Shown piece by piece: positions 13,955 through 26,713 of a stretch of 64,000 nt of DNA. This DNA comes from Camelus dromedarius (lineage: Eukaryota): contig NC_087437.1 of the NCBI RefSeq assembly GCF_036321535.1, forward strand, positions 22,818,001 to 22,882,000, in the 5' to 3' direction. How positions within the stretch are numbered: position 1 is the stretch's first letter; every line of letters begins with the position of its first letter. A model generated the notes under the pieces. That model was given only the letters and a program-made list of their open reading frames with translations, was not told the origin of the DNA and did no database searches. The position numbers and the translations under genes were made by a program.

Positions 13955-14416
13955 TACGCGGTGAAAGGCGCTTACCTGAAAAGATTACATACTGTGTGAC
14001 TTCAACTGTGTAACATTCTGGAAGAGGTAATACTATGAAGACTGTATGAAACATCAGTGGTTGTCAGGAGTAGGAGGGTGACAGGGATGAAGAGGCGGAA
14101 CACAGAGTATTTTTAGGGCAGTGAAACTATTCTGGATGATACTGCAATAGTGGATACTTTCATGACACATACGTCAAAACTCATAGATTGTACACCACCA
14201 AGAGTGAATCCTAATATAAACTATGGACTTCGGGTGCTTGTGATGTATCAATGCAGGTTGATCCATTGTGACAAATGTACCACTCTGCAAGTGACTATTG
14301 ATAATGAGGGAAGCCATGCATGTGTGGGAGCAGGGAGTAAATGGGAACTCTGTACTTTCCTCTCATTTTGCTGTGAATCTACAACTGCTCTTAAAAAAAA
14401 AATCTTAAAAAAATAA
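13955..14416 (+). mobile_element. LINE-1 3' end (L1MC1-like)
   Basis: gtacaccaccaagagtgaatcctaatataaactatggactt... aaatgtaccactctg... ending in an A-rich tail. Confidence 0.85.
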
Positions 14417-15039
14417 AGTCTACTTAAAAAATCTATAAGCTCTGAGATGCTGCCATTTTTTAAAAGGAAGTAACTTTTCCAAGTAAAATTGTAAAACGCT
14501 TCCTCAGGTTTTAACAAAAACATTCCACTACTGTAATTTCAAAATGAAATTATATGACTAAAATGAGCCATTTACACATGGATAGCTTAATGAGTATGAT
14601 AAATATTGACCAAGTTTGGGTTGGTTGAAGTACTTTTCTATAAATGCCATTGTCTTTTTCTGTACTCTTGTTTGAACAAATAAAAGTAATGATTAATTAG
14701 AAAACACATTTAGTTTTGTATGTCCTCAGAAAGATTTCTCAAAATAGTCAATATTAGGTCATTTTGGAGGCTGTACTTTGAAGTAAACCAGGAGACTGAA
14801 TGAAAAGCAGATAATAGATCAGGTTAGAGGAAATGGATCAAATAAAAATTATTGGACATCCCCAGGAATCTTCTAATGGCTTAAATGTGCTCTACAAATA
14901 ATTTCATAGAACTGCAATTTTTATCCTTAAGTCAAGATCTAAGGGGGGAAAATGCATCACTTTTTCTGTTTCTATAGTATTTATATCATTACATAAAATT
15001 GTAAACATGAATTTATCCTCTTATAATAATGATGTCTCA

Positions 15040-15929
15040 AAACTTTTGATGTTGTAAGTAACAGAAAACTAAACCTAAACTGTGTGACAGACTGCTAGTT
15101 GTCTCCTAAATCTATTTCCACCTTCTTCCTTAGTTATCAAGTTTTAGCTAGGCATGCAGTTAGAGTACATTTCCCAGTCTGCTTCTTAGTTAGATAGGGC
15201 CATGTGATTGGATTTAGACTGATGATATGTGAAGAGAAATAATGTTTCCCATTTCTAGGTTTTGGCCTTAAAAACATTTGGGATATATTTCTCCAGCTTC
15301 TCTTTCCCCTTTTCCTATAGGCTGGGGTATAGGCGTGGCACTGACCCAGTTTTAACCATTCCCCAGAAGAGATAACCATAGTGATAGCAGAAGAGTAAGA
15401 TGGAGGATTCTTGGTCTCTGGATAGCCTGGAGGAACAGAGCTGTTTCCTCAGCCTTAGATGGTCAAGTTAAACTATAAAACAAGAAATACACTATTATCT
15501 TAATTTAGCAACTAGTTTTTTCTGGGTGTATTTTTTTTTTTTGTCTCTTTCTTATAGCAGCTTAATATTTACCCTAAGATAGGTCAAATTTTAAAACAAA
15601 AGGGGTTAATTGGCTAATGTAACTAGAGAGTCTAGGGCTTCAGTGGACTTCACAACTGATTTGATCAAGAAGTCATTCCTTTTCAGGTCTCTGTCTTCTA
15701 TGTATTAGCCTCAAACTGACTCTGGCTTTTCTATGGTGGTATAACCTTTAATAAATCACTGAGCTCAGAACATGAGAATATAAAATCTACTTTGGGCTTG
15801 AGCTTCATGCCCCACCCTGAAGCCAGGGGTGTATGCAGTAGTTGTAACTATCAAAATGAAAATTCAGGGAGGTTTCTAAGAAAAAGAAATAGATGCTGGA
15901 GAGAAAGCCACACCACAATATTCACTACA
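15040..15929 (-). mobile_element. Older MaLR LTR (MLT1K/L-like), split by the 15081-15581 insertion
   Basis: gttgtaagtaacagaaaactaaacctaaac | ttttaaaacaaaaggggttaattggctaatgtaactag is contiguous in the recalled consensus; ends ...ttcactaca. Confidence 0.6.
15081..15581 (+). mobile_element. Old MaLR LTR (MLT1I/J-like) nested in another MaLR LTR
   Basis: tgtgtgacagactgctagttg... tacatttcccagtc... ggccatgtgattgg... ttatagcagc. Confidence 0.7.
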
Positions 15930-17339
15930 TGTGGTTCTCAAAATTCCCATTCAGTTGGAATTTTTTTAAAAAGGAAAAAAGTATTCCAGGGTCTGCACCT
16001 TCTCGGTGACTCCAGTCCCTCTGAGAACCTCTGCCTGTGAGCTTCTTATTTGTTGTTGCTTCCCCAGGACTTAGGTTATGTGCCAGGCACACAACAGAAC
16101 CCAAGAAAGATTTGTTTAACTGAATTCATTTAAATTAAGTTTGAAAATAATAATTAGGAGAAAAGAAAAATAACAGATAGGAAAAATTTCAGGTATAAAA
16201 TTTTTAACTTGAATTTTAAGTTTGGGACATTGGGGGAATATACTAAATCAAATATCTTTGAAAGAAAACAAGAATTTCTTGGATCAATTAATAACTAAAA
16301 AAAAAATTAAAGGGAAGATACACGAGACATTATCCTTTCTTTCATGAGGCTTTTGTTAAATCCGCCAGGGGACTTGTGGGGTTGGATGCTAACTCCCAAA
16401 AGCAATAGGCAATATGGAATATTAGATGAAGGGATTAAAGTTACAGAGGGTGTGGTCCATCTCTAGCCTGGACCCAGCTGACAATTATAGATGGAATTGT
16501 GGTGTTTAGAGTTGGAGAGCAGGCCAGGAGAGCAGCACCCTAAGAATGCTGTCTGGAGGAGCCTGTTCCATTCACATTCTGCCCCTTCTCAAAAGCAACT
16601 TGGGAAGCAAGAAAACTGTAGACCATATAAAGTATAATTATTATCATTCCAGTCTCCGAATCTTGTCTGTGAAGAAGACACATTGCAGAAAATCATGCCT
16701 TTCAGGCTTTTCCCAGAATCCGTCTGTTCAGGGCCTACAATATTCCACTTGAAGAGCATTTGGCTTTTGGGCTACATCTCTGTGGCCTACCATCAAAGGA
16801 AACATCTTTTGTTTTTCTTTTTACCAGGCTGAGCTAACCATAGGGTAAGGTTTGTGGAGAACCAGATTCCAATCCTACGCTGGCTTTAAATATACTACTT
16901 GGGAGAGAAAACCTAATAAAGCAAATAGTAGTGAATGATGAAAGGCAGGTAAGTTCTACAGACATTAGATTATGGACTTCTTGACAGAAGTGCCTATGTC
17001 TAACACAGTCTCTTGGTCCTCAAACAATGAACTCAAAGAATATAAAAAAAATGTCTTTTTGTGAAAAAGTTCTTCATACAGAAAAGCTATGTTGTCTAAC
17101 TGAACTGTAGGCAGAGTAAATAAAATCATAGTAGCGACTGACAACTCCTAAAGTGTTCCTAAAGTGTTGGAAGATATTTTAAAAACCTCTTTAAGAAAAC
17201 ACTGCTAGATCCCTAAAAGTGAGAGTTAATCATTATCATTATTAAATATATAATCACCAATGTGTTTCATATTCATTTGCACCAAACTAGTCCCCAAACA
17301 GTAATCATTCCTTTTTATATAATTGTTAACAACAAAAAA

Positions 17340-17582
17340 GACATAAAAATATATCTTCTATATGCAAAATTACCTATGGTGGTAGAAGTCAGAATAATGA
17401 TATGAGAAGGATGTGTATCAACAGGAAAGTGCAGAAGAGAACTTTCATTTAGGGTGTAAATGTCTAAATCTTGATCTGGTGATGGTTATGGAGGTTTATG
17501 TTTGTAAAAATTCATCACAATTTCCTTTTAAGATTTGTATATTTTGCTGTGTGTAAAATAGATCTTAATTTAAAACATTTTT
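17340..17582 (+). mobile_element. Old LINE-1 3' end (L1ME/L1MC-like)
   Basis: tagaagtcagaataatg... atcttgatctggtgatggtta... ttgtaaaaattcatca... ttaagatttgt. Confidence 0.75.
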
Positions 17583-18413
17583 AAAGTATGTATTTTGCTT
17601 AGATTAAATCCTAGTGTTAGATGACTTTTGCTTTGAAGGTTCATTTTATTTGTAACAACATGAGCATAAATACTACAAGATACATTGTGGAGGCAGCATT
17701 TTCTTCACATATTGTCAAAAAGTCATGTTGAAATTCTTATCACAATCCACACAATAAAGTAGTTCATTAGGTTGATTAATATCCCTAGATATCCCTAGAT
17801 ATTTAGGGTAGTTTGTTAAAATAGGAAACTAAGGAAATTCTGCAACTTCAGCTAATTTGCTGCAGTTTTGTGGCAGTGAAAGTATGTCTTTGTCTTTAGT
17901 CCAACCATCATAAAATTCTATATCCCTGAGATTATAATCTTGTGGCTATGATTATGTTACTGGTTTTAATATAACTCTTGTATATATTTAAATTTTGAGA
18001 ATAAACATAAAATTAGGAGAAAAAATAATGTGTAATTTATTATAATTATTAATGTATAATTCTGAATACAAAATTCAGTGTTAGGATCAACTCAAAACAT
18101 TATTTTGGTTTTCTCATCCCTTTTTGACACTCCACCACCACCCCACCACTACCCTACTACTCAAAATGCAAAGCCCATTTAGGAAATCAATCCCTCCATA
18201 TACAATTATTTATTCAATGCTTATAAGTTCCCAGGCACTGGGGCAACAAAGAAAAAGAAAGCACTGGCCCTTTCCCCAGAGAACTTGCAATCTAAATGAG
18301 GAGACAGAACAACTCATTTAAAAATCATTACTTTTAAAAATTTAAATTTTATCCTATTTTTTAATGATTAAATTACTATTTAATTAAAAAAAAACAATAA
18401 AAGACATCATACA

Positions 18414-18606
18414 TAGTGGTATGCTGGTAAATGTTTCCTAATAACTGGCTCTCCAGGAAAATAAAAAAGTCTTGATTTGTAGCTTTTCCCAATTTCTATG
18501 TTGTAAATACTCTCACCATAGCCTGATATCAAGGTACTAATGTGAAATCAATGGGCTGGCAAAATTCCTCAGATTTTGACCATGTGCTCTCACGAGTTGG
18601 TATACA
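18414..18606. mobile_element. MER63-like hAT DNA transposon
   Basis: agtggtatgctggtaaatgttt... ctggctctccagg... gatttgtagc... gtaaatactctcaccatagcc. Confidence 0.75.
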
Positions 18607-20435
18607 CTCAGAATTTGGTGAAGTTCTGGCTACTACTGCTTAAATATTTAGTGAGAATGTCAATTATTTCTATAGACGCCTTAAACCATGGAGAATTGTC
18701 AAAGAAATTAACTCTATTAAGCAACTACTAAAAAATCAAGTACTATGTTAGATATTAGGAGCAAACATGATTATATATAGTTTCTGCCCTCAAGGATTTT
18801 ATAATCCATGGGAGTTGAATTAGACAGGTTAAATCACTGACTATAAACAAGATCATTAAATGCCATGGGAAGGGAAAAGTATAAGAGGGAGCAAGGAACT
18901 GGATCATTAGTCAGAAATGCTTCCAAGTGGAGTTGATTTGAGTTGAATGTTGGACATAGGTAGGAAGTCCTTATTCTCAATCACTATTGGTTACTGACTT
19001 GAAGTCATCAGATCTAACATTTGGAGGCAGGCAAAAGTTTTTTACCAGACATTTTGGGAAATGCCTTATATTTTTGCCTTCTGTTCAAAGGTAAGAATTT
19101 TAAATAACAAATATTCAAATTAATAGATTGATAGATGACATAAACAATTGAATGAAATAGTAGCAATTTTCCTAGTGATTGAAACCAAGTATCTTAATAT
19201 CTTTTACCAGCATTTCCTAAAGTAAGTTCCATGGATTGTTAATAAATCACATTCAAAATAAAATTTCATGATTAAGCAGGCCTGGGGAAAAGTTGGTGAA
19301 GAAAGTTAAACAGATTAGTTATTGCAATACTTCCCAGAGGTTTCAATCTGCTCCTGTGCACTGTGATCCTTTAAGAACAGATTATAATATAACTCTTTTA
19401 CAGAGTCTCATACGATTAGGGTTCCAGGAAGCAGACTTCAGGAATTAGAAAAGTACAAATGGCTAATTAACAGAGTTCTAAAGTGATTTTTTTCCAACAG
19501 TAGATTCTTCATAGACACACAGCTGGTTAAACCAGTAATATTTCTAATTGTCATTAAGATATCATGAAAAAAAATCACCACTTTAGTTCTATTCCATCAT
19601 TTCTCAATTATATCATGGATATCCTAACATCTGACAATTGAGAGTAATTTAAAATATCTCTATAATACTAGTTAAGATGGTATCAAACATGAATAAATAC
19701 CACACCACTTGTTAAGCCCTAACAGCATTTGATGACATAATACACAAACCTGTGCCCCCAAATCTTGTTTCATTGCCAGTATCAAGATTGACTATATGGA
19801 TTATGAATTTTCTCTACGGTAGGAATTGCCATAATGGCTCTTTTGCCCTCATTTTCCACAAGGTAGCTTCTGGTACTATTTTTATAAAATCCTTCTTTAT
19901 TTACTTTTTAAGGTATTTCTTGGAGTTCTCTAATAAAGAGAAGTCCCTCCTCACGGTTAGTTAACACTTAGCAGGCTTATGAGCTGTTTTTTAAGTGAGA
20001 ATCAGCCAGAAGCTTGCCCTTAGAGAATACATATAGAAGCAATACACTTTAATTTGGAGGAGAGAGGAAAGATTTCTGCACAGTATGGTTTCCCTTAGAA
20101 CACGGCAGTCCAGGTTTGGTAGGCAGTTAAGTATCTATGTCTGGGTGAGGCACTCCAAAGTTGAAACAGTTTCTCCCTCCTTTCAGCTTCTCATCTCCTA
20201 CTAGTGTAACCCCAATGTCCAAGGGTGATATTGTCTGTTAAGGTCAGCTTCCCAGGACACAGAGGAGGGCAGAGAAGGAAGTTGGGGCACATGAAGCATA
20301 ATTAGCACATCTTCAAGGCCGATTAAGTAGTGATAAGCGCTATCATATTGAAATTTCTTGTCCTAATTTATGTTGACAGATGTTTACTTGTTATCCAAAA
20401 CAGGATATATCTGGTATTTACAGTGTGTTTAGACC

Positions 20436-20617
20436 CAGGTCAAACAAATGCAGCCCACTATTGCATGTTTTGGTAAATAAAGCTTTATTGGAATCCAGCC
20501 ATGCCTATCAACTCTACAAAGGCAGAGTTGAGTAGTTCGAAGGGTGATTTTAGATTTGCAAAGCCTATAAAATATTTACTATCTGGACTTTGACAGAAAA
20601 AGTGCACCAATCCCTGG
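20436..20617 (-). mobile_element. MER58A-like hAT-Charlie MITE
   Basis: gtaaataaagctttattggaatccagccatgcc... ggcagagttgagtagtt... aaatatttactatctgg... cagaaaaagt. Confidence 0.85.
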
Positions 20618-21364
20618 TTTGACAGTCCTTATTTTTCTTTCCATTCTAATGTTCTAAAATGTTTCCAAAGTGACTTAAAGTTTATATTTTTGAAATTGAA
20701 TTTTCTCTGTGAAAAGATTCGGTTTATTTTACACTAAAAAGCAAATTGTAGTTCAGTCTGTGTAATAGCTAGGCTAGCACATGAAGCTGAAAAGTGGGAA
20801 AATAAAATGTTTGTTTTGAAAATATCCTTTTTTTAAGATCACAAACATCTGGATATTTCCCAAGACATCTGGAACGCCAACTGATTGACTGGTTTATATT
20901 TAGCCAGGTGCATTTTGTAAACACTAGAGGTAGAAACTAAGCATTAGAGGTAAAAATAATAATTTCATGTAACATCTTTGTACAAAATAATTCTAATTTT
21001 AAATATCAGATTTCTTGCTTTTTAAAAGTACACCAAAAAGTACAAAGAAGTATATAATTCTATCAGAGACTTTAGAGAATTCAAAGAATATGATATTGCC
21101 TTTTTTTCCTTTATTTTTTATTTAGTTATGAAATCTGTAATCTTATTGCCTGAATGATAAAAGATAATATCATTATAATGTTTCTTTAAAAGTCCTCAAA
21201 ACTTAATGTATTTTTCAGTTATTATACAGTAGGGTATTAGCAAAATGGTTTGAGGAGTGTCCCATCTCTGAACAATTAAAGAAATAAAACTTGTTCCTTG
21301 GTCCCTCAATGTCAGCCCTTTTGATGTCGGAATGGCCATTGGTTAGAGTCAAATAGATTGTCAG

Positions 21365-21830
21365 GAAAGGATCTCAGTCTTTGAAGCCAGACTAGGGTTT
21401 GACTCCTGGACCAAATTCCTTTTAGGCTGTTTGGGCTTAAGTTTCTACTCAGTAAAACAGGGATAATATTTTTATTAGCAATGTAGTACATATGGTGCCT
21501 GAACAAGAATAATAAAACAATGGCTCCCATTTATTGACTTGCTTACTATATGCCAACCAGTAAACTCAGTATGTCATACACTTTACATCATTTAATCCTC
21601 ACAAAAGCCATAAAGGTAGGTATGCTATAATCTCTAATTCAGAGATGAGTTAATTGAAATGTTAACTTCCAGTTTACAAATTCTATCCTTAAAAGAGCAG
21701 CTACCAACCATCTACTGCCTACTACATGCTGGTGACTTGGCATTTATTTTCTCTTAAAGTTTAGAGAGGTTACATAGTTTGCTAAAATTACACAGCTAAT
21801 AAGAGACAGAGCTGGGGTCAAAACCCAGGA
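21365..21830. mobile_element. Cluster of MIR fragments (one +, then two -)
   Basis: gaagccagactagggtttga... gtaaaacagggataat (+); catttaatcctcacaa (-); agagaggttacatagtttgctaaaattacacagctaataag (-). Confidence 0.7.
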
Positions 21831-23015
21831 AGAAAACTTTGCAAGGTCGTTGCCTTTAACTTTTTCTATAATACCTCAGCAAAAATTAGCTACTATCATA
21901 ATTATTACCATAGGTATCAGCTTAAAAAATAAACTTAAAATCAATTCACTAAAGAAAAAAAATACATCTATGCATTATGTTTGAAAGTTGACAAATGTAG
22001 TTAGGAAATCAAATAGTTTCATGGACAACCTTTTGAACTGAGAGCATCTACTTTTGTACCAAATTGCAAAGTAAGTATGAGGACGACTTCTAAAAGTCAA
22101 AATACAGCTAAGCATTCCACACCTGTATCGACTTTCCCAGGACAATCTTTCTAGGAACAAAACTTTAAATATTCCCTCCTCCTCAAAAAAAAGCTTGTAA
22201 TTTTATACTCTAAAGCTATGTTCATGTCTGCATCAGCTATCTTAGTGTGTTGCTGAAAAATGACAAAGCCAACAATTGTCATCTCAAGCTCTGAGAAAGA
22301 AAGGTGCAGTAATGTTTATGAAAAAGCATAGTGCCAGATGCACTCCATGTCAGAAAAATCAATTTGAGTTTCCATGTTCTTGTATCTTTACCACAGATTG
22401 TCAGCCAGAGTGATATGTAGAAAATATATAGCTTGCCTGACATTTCCACATTTTTCTTGTTGAAATAGACTCAGACTTACGGGATAAATGGATTAAAACT
22501 TCTGTCTAAATAGACCTTTTCCTCTTTTGATGTTTTTTTTTTTTCCACTTATCAGTAGATTTAGGAATGGGCTGCTAACATGTCTGCTAAGAAATGGCAT
22601 ATATCCAGGAAAATTCCTACAAAAATTTAATTTTTATTACAACATTTAGACAAGTTTTGAAGAAGATGTCTTCAAACAATAAAAGACAGTGTTCCAATAA
22701 AATCAAAAAATTCTGACCACCTAACTCTCAGGGAACAATTTCCTGCAAATTCTGCAGGAAGCATAGAAACCAGTCCATTCTGTGCAATTCCGCTGGGGAC
22801 AGAAAGCATTAGAAATGTTAACAGGCTTTTCTGTTTTGCCTTTTCATCATTCTATTCTTTCCACAGATAGATAATGAACCATAATTGATCCCTCTTTTGA
22901 TCATCCACTCATTAATTTCTGAACATATGAGTATGCCACCTGGTGGTGGAAAGGTGTTTATCTGCCATTTGCAAAGGATTGGAACTTTAGTGGATCCTTT
23001 AAGAAAAAAGGCAGT

Positions 23016-23408
23016 TATCCTATTGAGTGAAATGTCAGACAAAGAAAGACAAATATCATATGATATCATTTATATGTGGAATCTAAAAAAATACAGAAAT
23101 ACTATTTACAAACCAAAAATAGACTTATAGACATAGAAAACAAACTATGTTTACCAAAGGGGAAAGGGCAGGGAGGGAAAAATTAGGGGTTGGAGATTAA
23201 CAGACACACATTACTGTATATAAAATATATAAACAAGGACCTATTGTATAGTACAGGGAACTATATTCAATTTCTTTCAATAACAAATAATGGAAAAGAA
23301 TCTGAAAAGACAACATATATATGTATGTATATGTATAACTGAATCACTTTACTGTACACCTGAAACTAACATCATAAATCAACTACACTTCAATAAAAAT
23401 TTTTTAAA
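23016..23408 (+). mobile_element. LINE-1 3' end (cetartiodactyl-type) with TSD
   Basis: 3'UTR acaaggacctattgtatagtacagggaactatattcaa... ttcaataaaaat. Flanked by aagaaaaa(a)ggcagt at 23001-23015 and 23409-23422, preceded by TTT (L1 endonuclease-type site). Confidence 0.92.
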
Positions 23409-23992
23409 AAGAAAAAGGCAGTATCTTGATACTTCGGCTTGCATGACCAATTATTCAACTGATTTGTTTCAATCATTTTCTTTTTCCGGAATTAAAGTCA
23501 AGTATTATTCATTATTACTGTTTAATCCTAGTTTTTGCTGGTCAGTATAATGAGCAGAAAGTAACCAGGGAGAAATAAAGGCTTATAGCCAGAGGGAGTC
23601 TTGCCTTTCTCACACTTCTAGGGACATGAGGAGAACATTCTCAGAGGTTATGAGTGTACCTCATAGGTCTTAAAAACAGTTTGAATTATGCTTTTCTTAC
23701 TCTAGGGTACAAGATTTGATAGCTTGAAAGTAGATACTGAAGTATTTAAATTTGAAGTTCTCTTGGAAAACCTATAATGCAGAACTCACCTAATTTTTAT
23801 ACTTTTTCTATTAATACTTTAAAAATGCAAAATTAAATTTATTCCTAAGGATAATAGACTATTTTTATGGTAGCTTTTTATAGCTGAAGATAGAAGAGAT
23901 TAAATTACCATTTTAACAGTGAATTGCTTTAAATATTTTAATAACACAATGATTTTTACAAGAGAACCTTAACTCTTGCCTCATCAGTAGAT

Positions 23993-24181
23993 TGGGTTGC
24001 CACATAAAACAGGGAATGCCAGTTAAATTTCAATTTCAGGCAAACAATAAGTACATTTTTAAGTATAAGTATGCCCCTTACAATATTTGGAACATGGATT
24101 ACTGAAAAAAGTTCCTTGTTCATCTCAATTTCAAGTTTAAATGAGAATCCTGTATTTTTATTTGCTAAATCTGGCAACCCT
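23993..24181 (+). mobile_element. MER53 palindromic hAT MITE (second copy)
   Basis: TIRs gggttgcca...tggcaaccct; internal agttaaatttcaatttcag / tttcaagtttaa. Confidence 0.88.
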
Positions 24182-24358
24182 ATGGGTAGACCGAGCCATT
24201 TGTATGGTTTTCAAGAGTTCAGTTGGCTATCAACATCCTTTACATTCAGCCATTCATTCATTCACTTACTCATTAATTCATTTAACAGGTATTTGAATAC
24301 TTCCTATACTATTGTCAGCATGGAGGATAGTTTTACAAAAACCCCTTACTTCATAGAT

Positions 24359-24540
24359 CAATGGTTCTCATTATTGGTTGTCCATTGTAATCAGCTTAGG
24401 AACTTTTTAAAACATGTTATTGGAGCCCTAGATACAACTCTTAAAGATTCTGAATTACTTTTTTTGTGGTCTATCCTGGTCATTAGACTTTTATAATCTC
24501 CCCAGATGATTCTAATGTATGGCCAAATTTGGGGCCCATT
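24359..24540. mobile_element. MER5-family hAT-Charlie MITE
   Basis: caatggttctca... ctccccagatgattctaatgtatggccaaatttgg. Confidence 0.7.
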
Positions 24541-24772
24541 CGAGACAAATTAAGTTTTTAGTCCTTATTCTGCAATGCCTGCACCTGCCACCAGGTGTAC
24601 CCATTAATGCTTGATTCACTCAGAACATCAACTCTCTTCAGAGAAGCAAATTCCAAACAATTTTAACTGATTGAGATTTTTCCAAAGTAATACAACTCTT
24701 TTTTTAAGCTAGCATTATGCATTTTTAAATTAAACTATTTTGCCTCAATTTTTAAGGTATGAATACTTAAGT

Positions 24773-25700
24773 AAATTCATTCATCCATTCATTCAAAAAT
24801 ACTTATTTCTGTCTAAGCATTGGACATTGTACCAGGCAGAGGATAAAGCCATGAAAAAAGACAAAGCTCCTATTCCTGCAGGAGAGACAGACAATCAAGA
24901 TGGAGACAAAAAATAAACACGTCCTATGAAGAAAAATAATCAAGGAGTCAAAAAGTATTAAGCAGTGGGAAAGGGTGGCATTTTAGAGCAATCAGGAAAA
25001 ACTTCTCAGGGGACATTTGACCAGACAACTGAAAGAGGTGAAGGATTGAATCTGCAAAGTTATCCAGTGAAAGATAAAAGAAATGGCAAGTAGGAAGGCC
25101 CTGAAGCTAGAGCAAACTTGGTGTATTTGTAGGAAGATTTGGAAGGATCGTGTAGCTGGAGTGACAGGAAGGGGAGAGTAGTATAAGATTAGGCCAGACA
25201 GAAGGGTATGTAGGTCCTTAGGCCAAAGTAAAGACATTGAGCCGTATTCTGGGCTGTAGGGCAACATATATGGTCTACTTTACATTGTAAAAATATCACC
25301 CTGGTTTCCATATAGAAACTGGATGGTAGGTAATGGTCTGGTAGAAGCAGGCAGAAATTTAGGAGACTACTGCAGTGTTCAGGTAAGAGACGATGGTGAG
25401 TTAGACTAGGGTGGTAGCAGTGGAGGTTTCAAGAAGTGGTCAGGCTTAGGATGTATTTTTTAAATAAATCCAACAGTTCTTGCAGACAGATTGGATGTAA
25501 AGTGTAAAGGAAAGAGAAAATAAGAATGTCTTGGATTTTAGCTATCTACTAAGATGGGGATAAAGGGCAGACACAAGGGTTCTGGTAGGGCGACGTTAAG
25601 TTTGAGGGGCTTCCCCGTGGATAGGTCGTTATGGCAGGTAAGTGTATTAGGAGCTCAGAGAAGCAATCAAGGCTGCAAATATAAGTTAAATCATCATCTA
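24773..25700 (-). mobile_element. LINE-2 3' portion
   Basis: (ttca)n tail, then typical reverse L2: ggccctgaagctagagc... ggagactactgcagtgttcaggtaagagacgatggtg... gattggatgt. Confidence 0.85.
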
Positions 25701-26220
25701 TACATGAAAGTGTACCTTTTTCCTCAAGTTTAACACACTAGGTCTGTTTAAACAAAGTGGCGTGGTCATTTTCTTTCAAAGTGAATTACTTTCTCTAGGA
25801 GTTGTACCTGAGACCTTCTAAACTACATTGGCGCCTGATGACTTATAAACATTTACTACAGAAAATGTACATAAAAGGAAACACTGCCTCCACAACTTTT
25901 TAAATATCCCAGGGATCAGCACAAGAAGTAATTGTGAAATTATATTGGATGATGCATGAGGCCTTTTAAAACTATAACTAAAAAAAACCTCATGACTAAG
26001 AAATGATAATTTTCAGCTGTAACTGCTTTTTTTCTTAAAATTTTTTCACATACTTTAATATATGAGCAATCCATAAGTACTTTTTAATGTGTTTATATTA
26101 GTGACTATGTATATTGCTAAAAGTTTTTTTAAGAAAGTTAATTTTAAGTAATCACCAAAACACTACTATTGGTCAAGTTTTAGAGTATGGAAATAGTTGT
26201 ATTAAACAGCAACAGGATTC

Positions 26221-26455
26221 ATTTCCATTTTTCTACCCCTGATCCCTGGACCTGTGAATTCTGGCTATGGAAGAAACAATATCATATACTGGGTGCTGAT
26301 TTAGACACAGCCTCCTGGAGAATATGGGAGTAGCATCACTCACTGTTACTCCTAGTGATCCACTAGCAAAACTTTTGCTTTGTGTACTTGCAATCTTACA
26401 CTCTGATCTAGAGGTCTGAGTTTCAAAGGGAGGAATGCTTCCAACAGGAGGCACA
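26221..26455. mobile_element. ERVL internal (integrase C-terminus/dUTPase junction) fragment with internal inversion
   Basis: Minus 26322-26221 encodes LNQHPVYDIVSSIARIHRSRDQG; plus from 26327 encodes GVASLTVTPSDPLAKLLL...LEV*VSKGGMLPTGGT. Both resemble adjacent parts of recalled ERVL pol. Confidence 0.75.
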
Positions 26456-26713
26456 GGTAGAACACCATGTGAAGACAGAACTGGAGTAACGCATCTGCAA
26501 GCCAAAGAATGCCAAAAACTGCTGCAAATTACCAGAAGCTAGGAAGAGGCAAGGGAGGATCTCCCTATAAGTTTCAGAGAGAGCACAGCCTTGCAGACAC
26601 CTTGATTTTGAACTTCTAGTCTCTAAAGCTGTGAGACAATAGATTTTGGGATTATTTTTATAAGCCACCTAGATTGTGGTAATTTATTATGGCAGCCTTA
26701 GAAGAGTGAGACA
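26450..26713 (+). mobile_element. MaLR LTR 3' half, MLT1C-like
   Basis: ccatgtgaagac... caagccaaagaatgcc... ccagaagctaggaagaggcaagg... acaccttgattttg... ttatggcagcc... aca. Confidence 0.85.

Noticed and set aside
12165..14000. Longer AT-rich ORFs (147 aa, 128 aa)
   Set aside because: Composition typical of random AT-rich DNA, with no homology or splice structure recognised.
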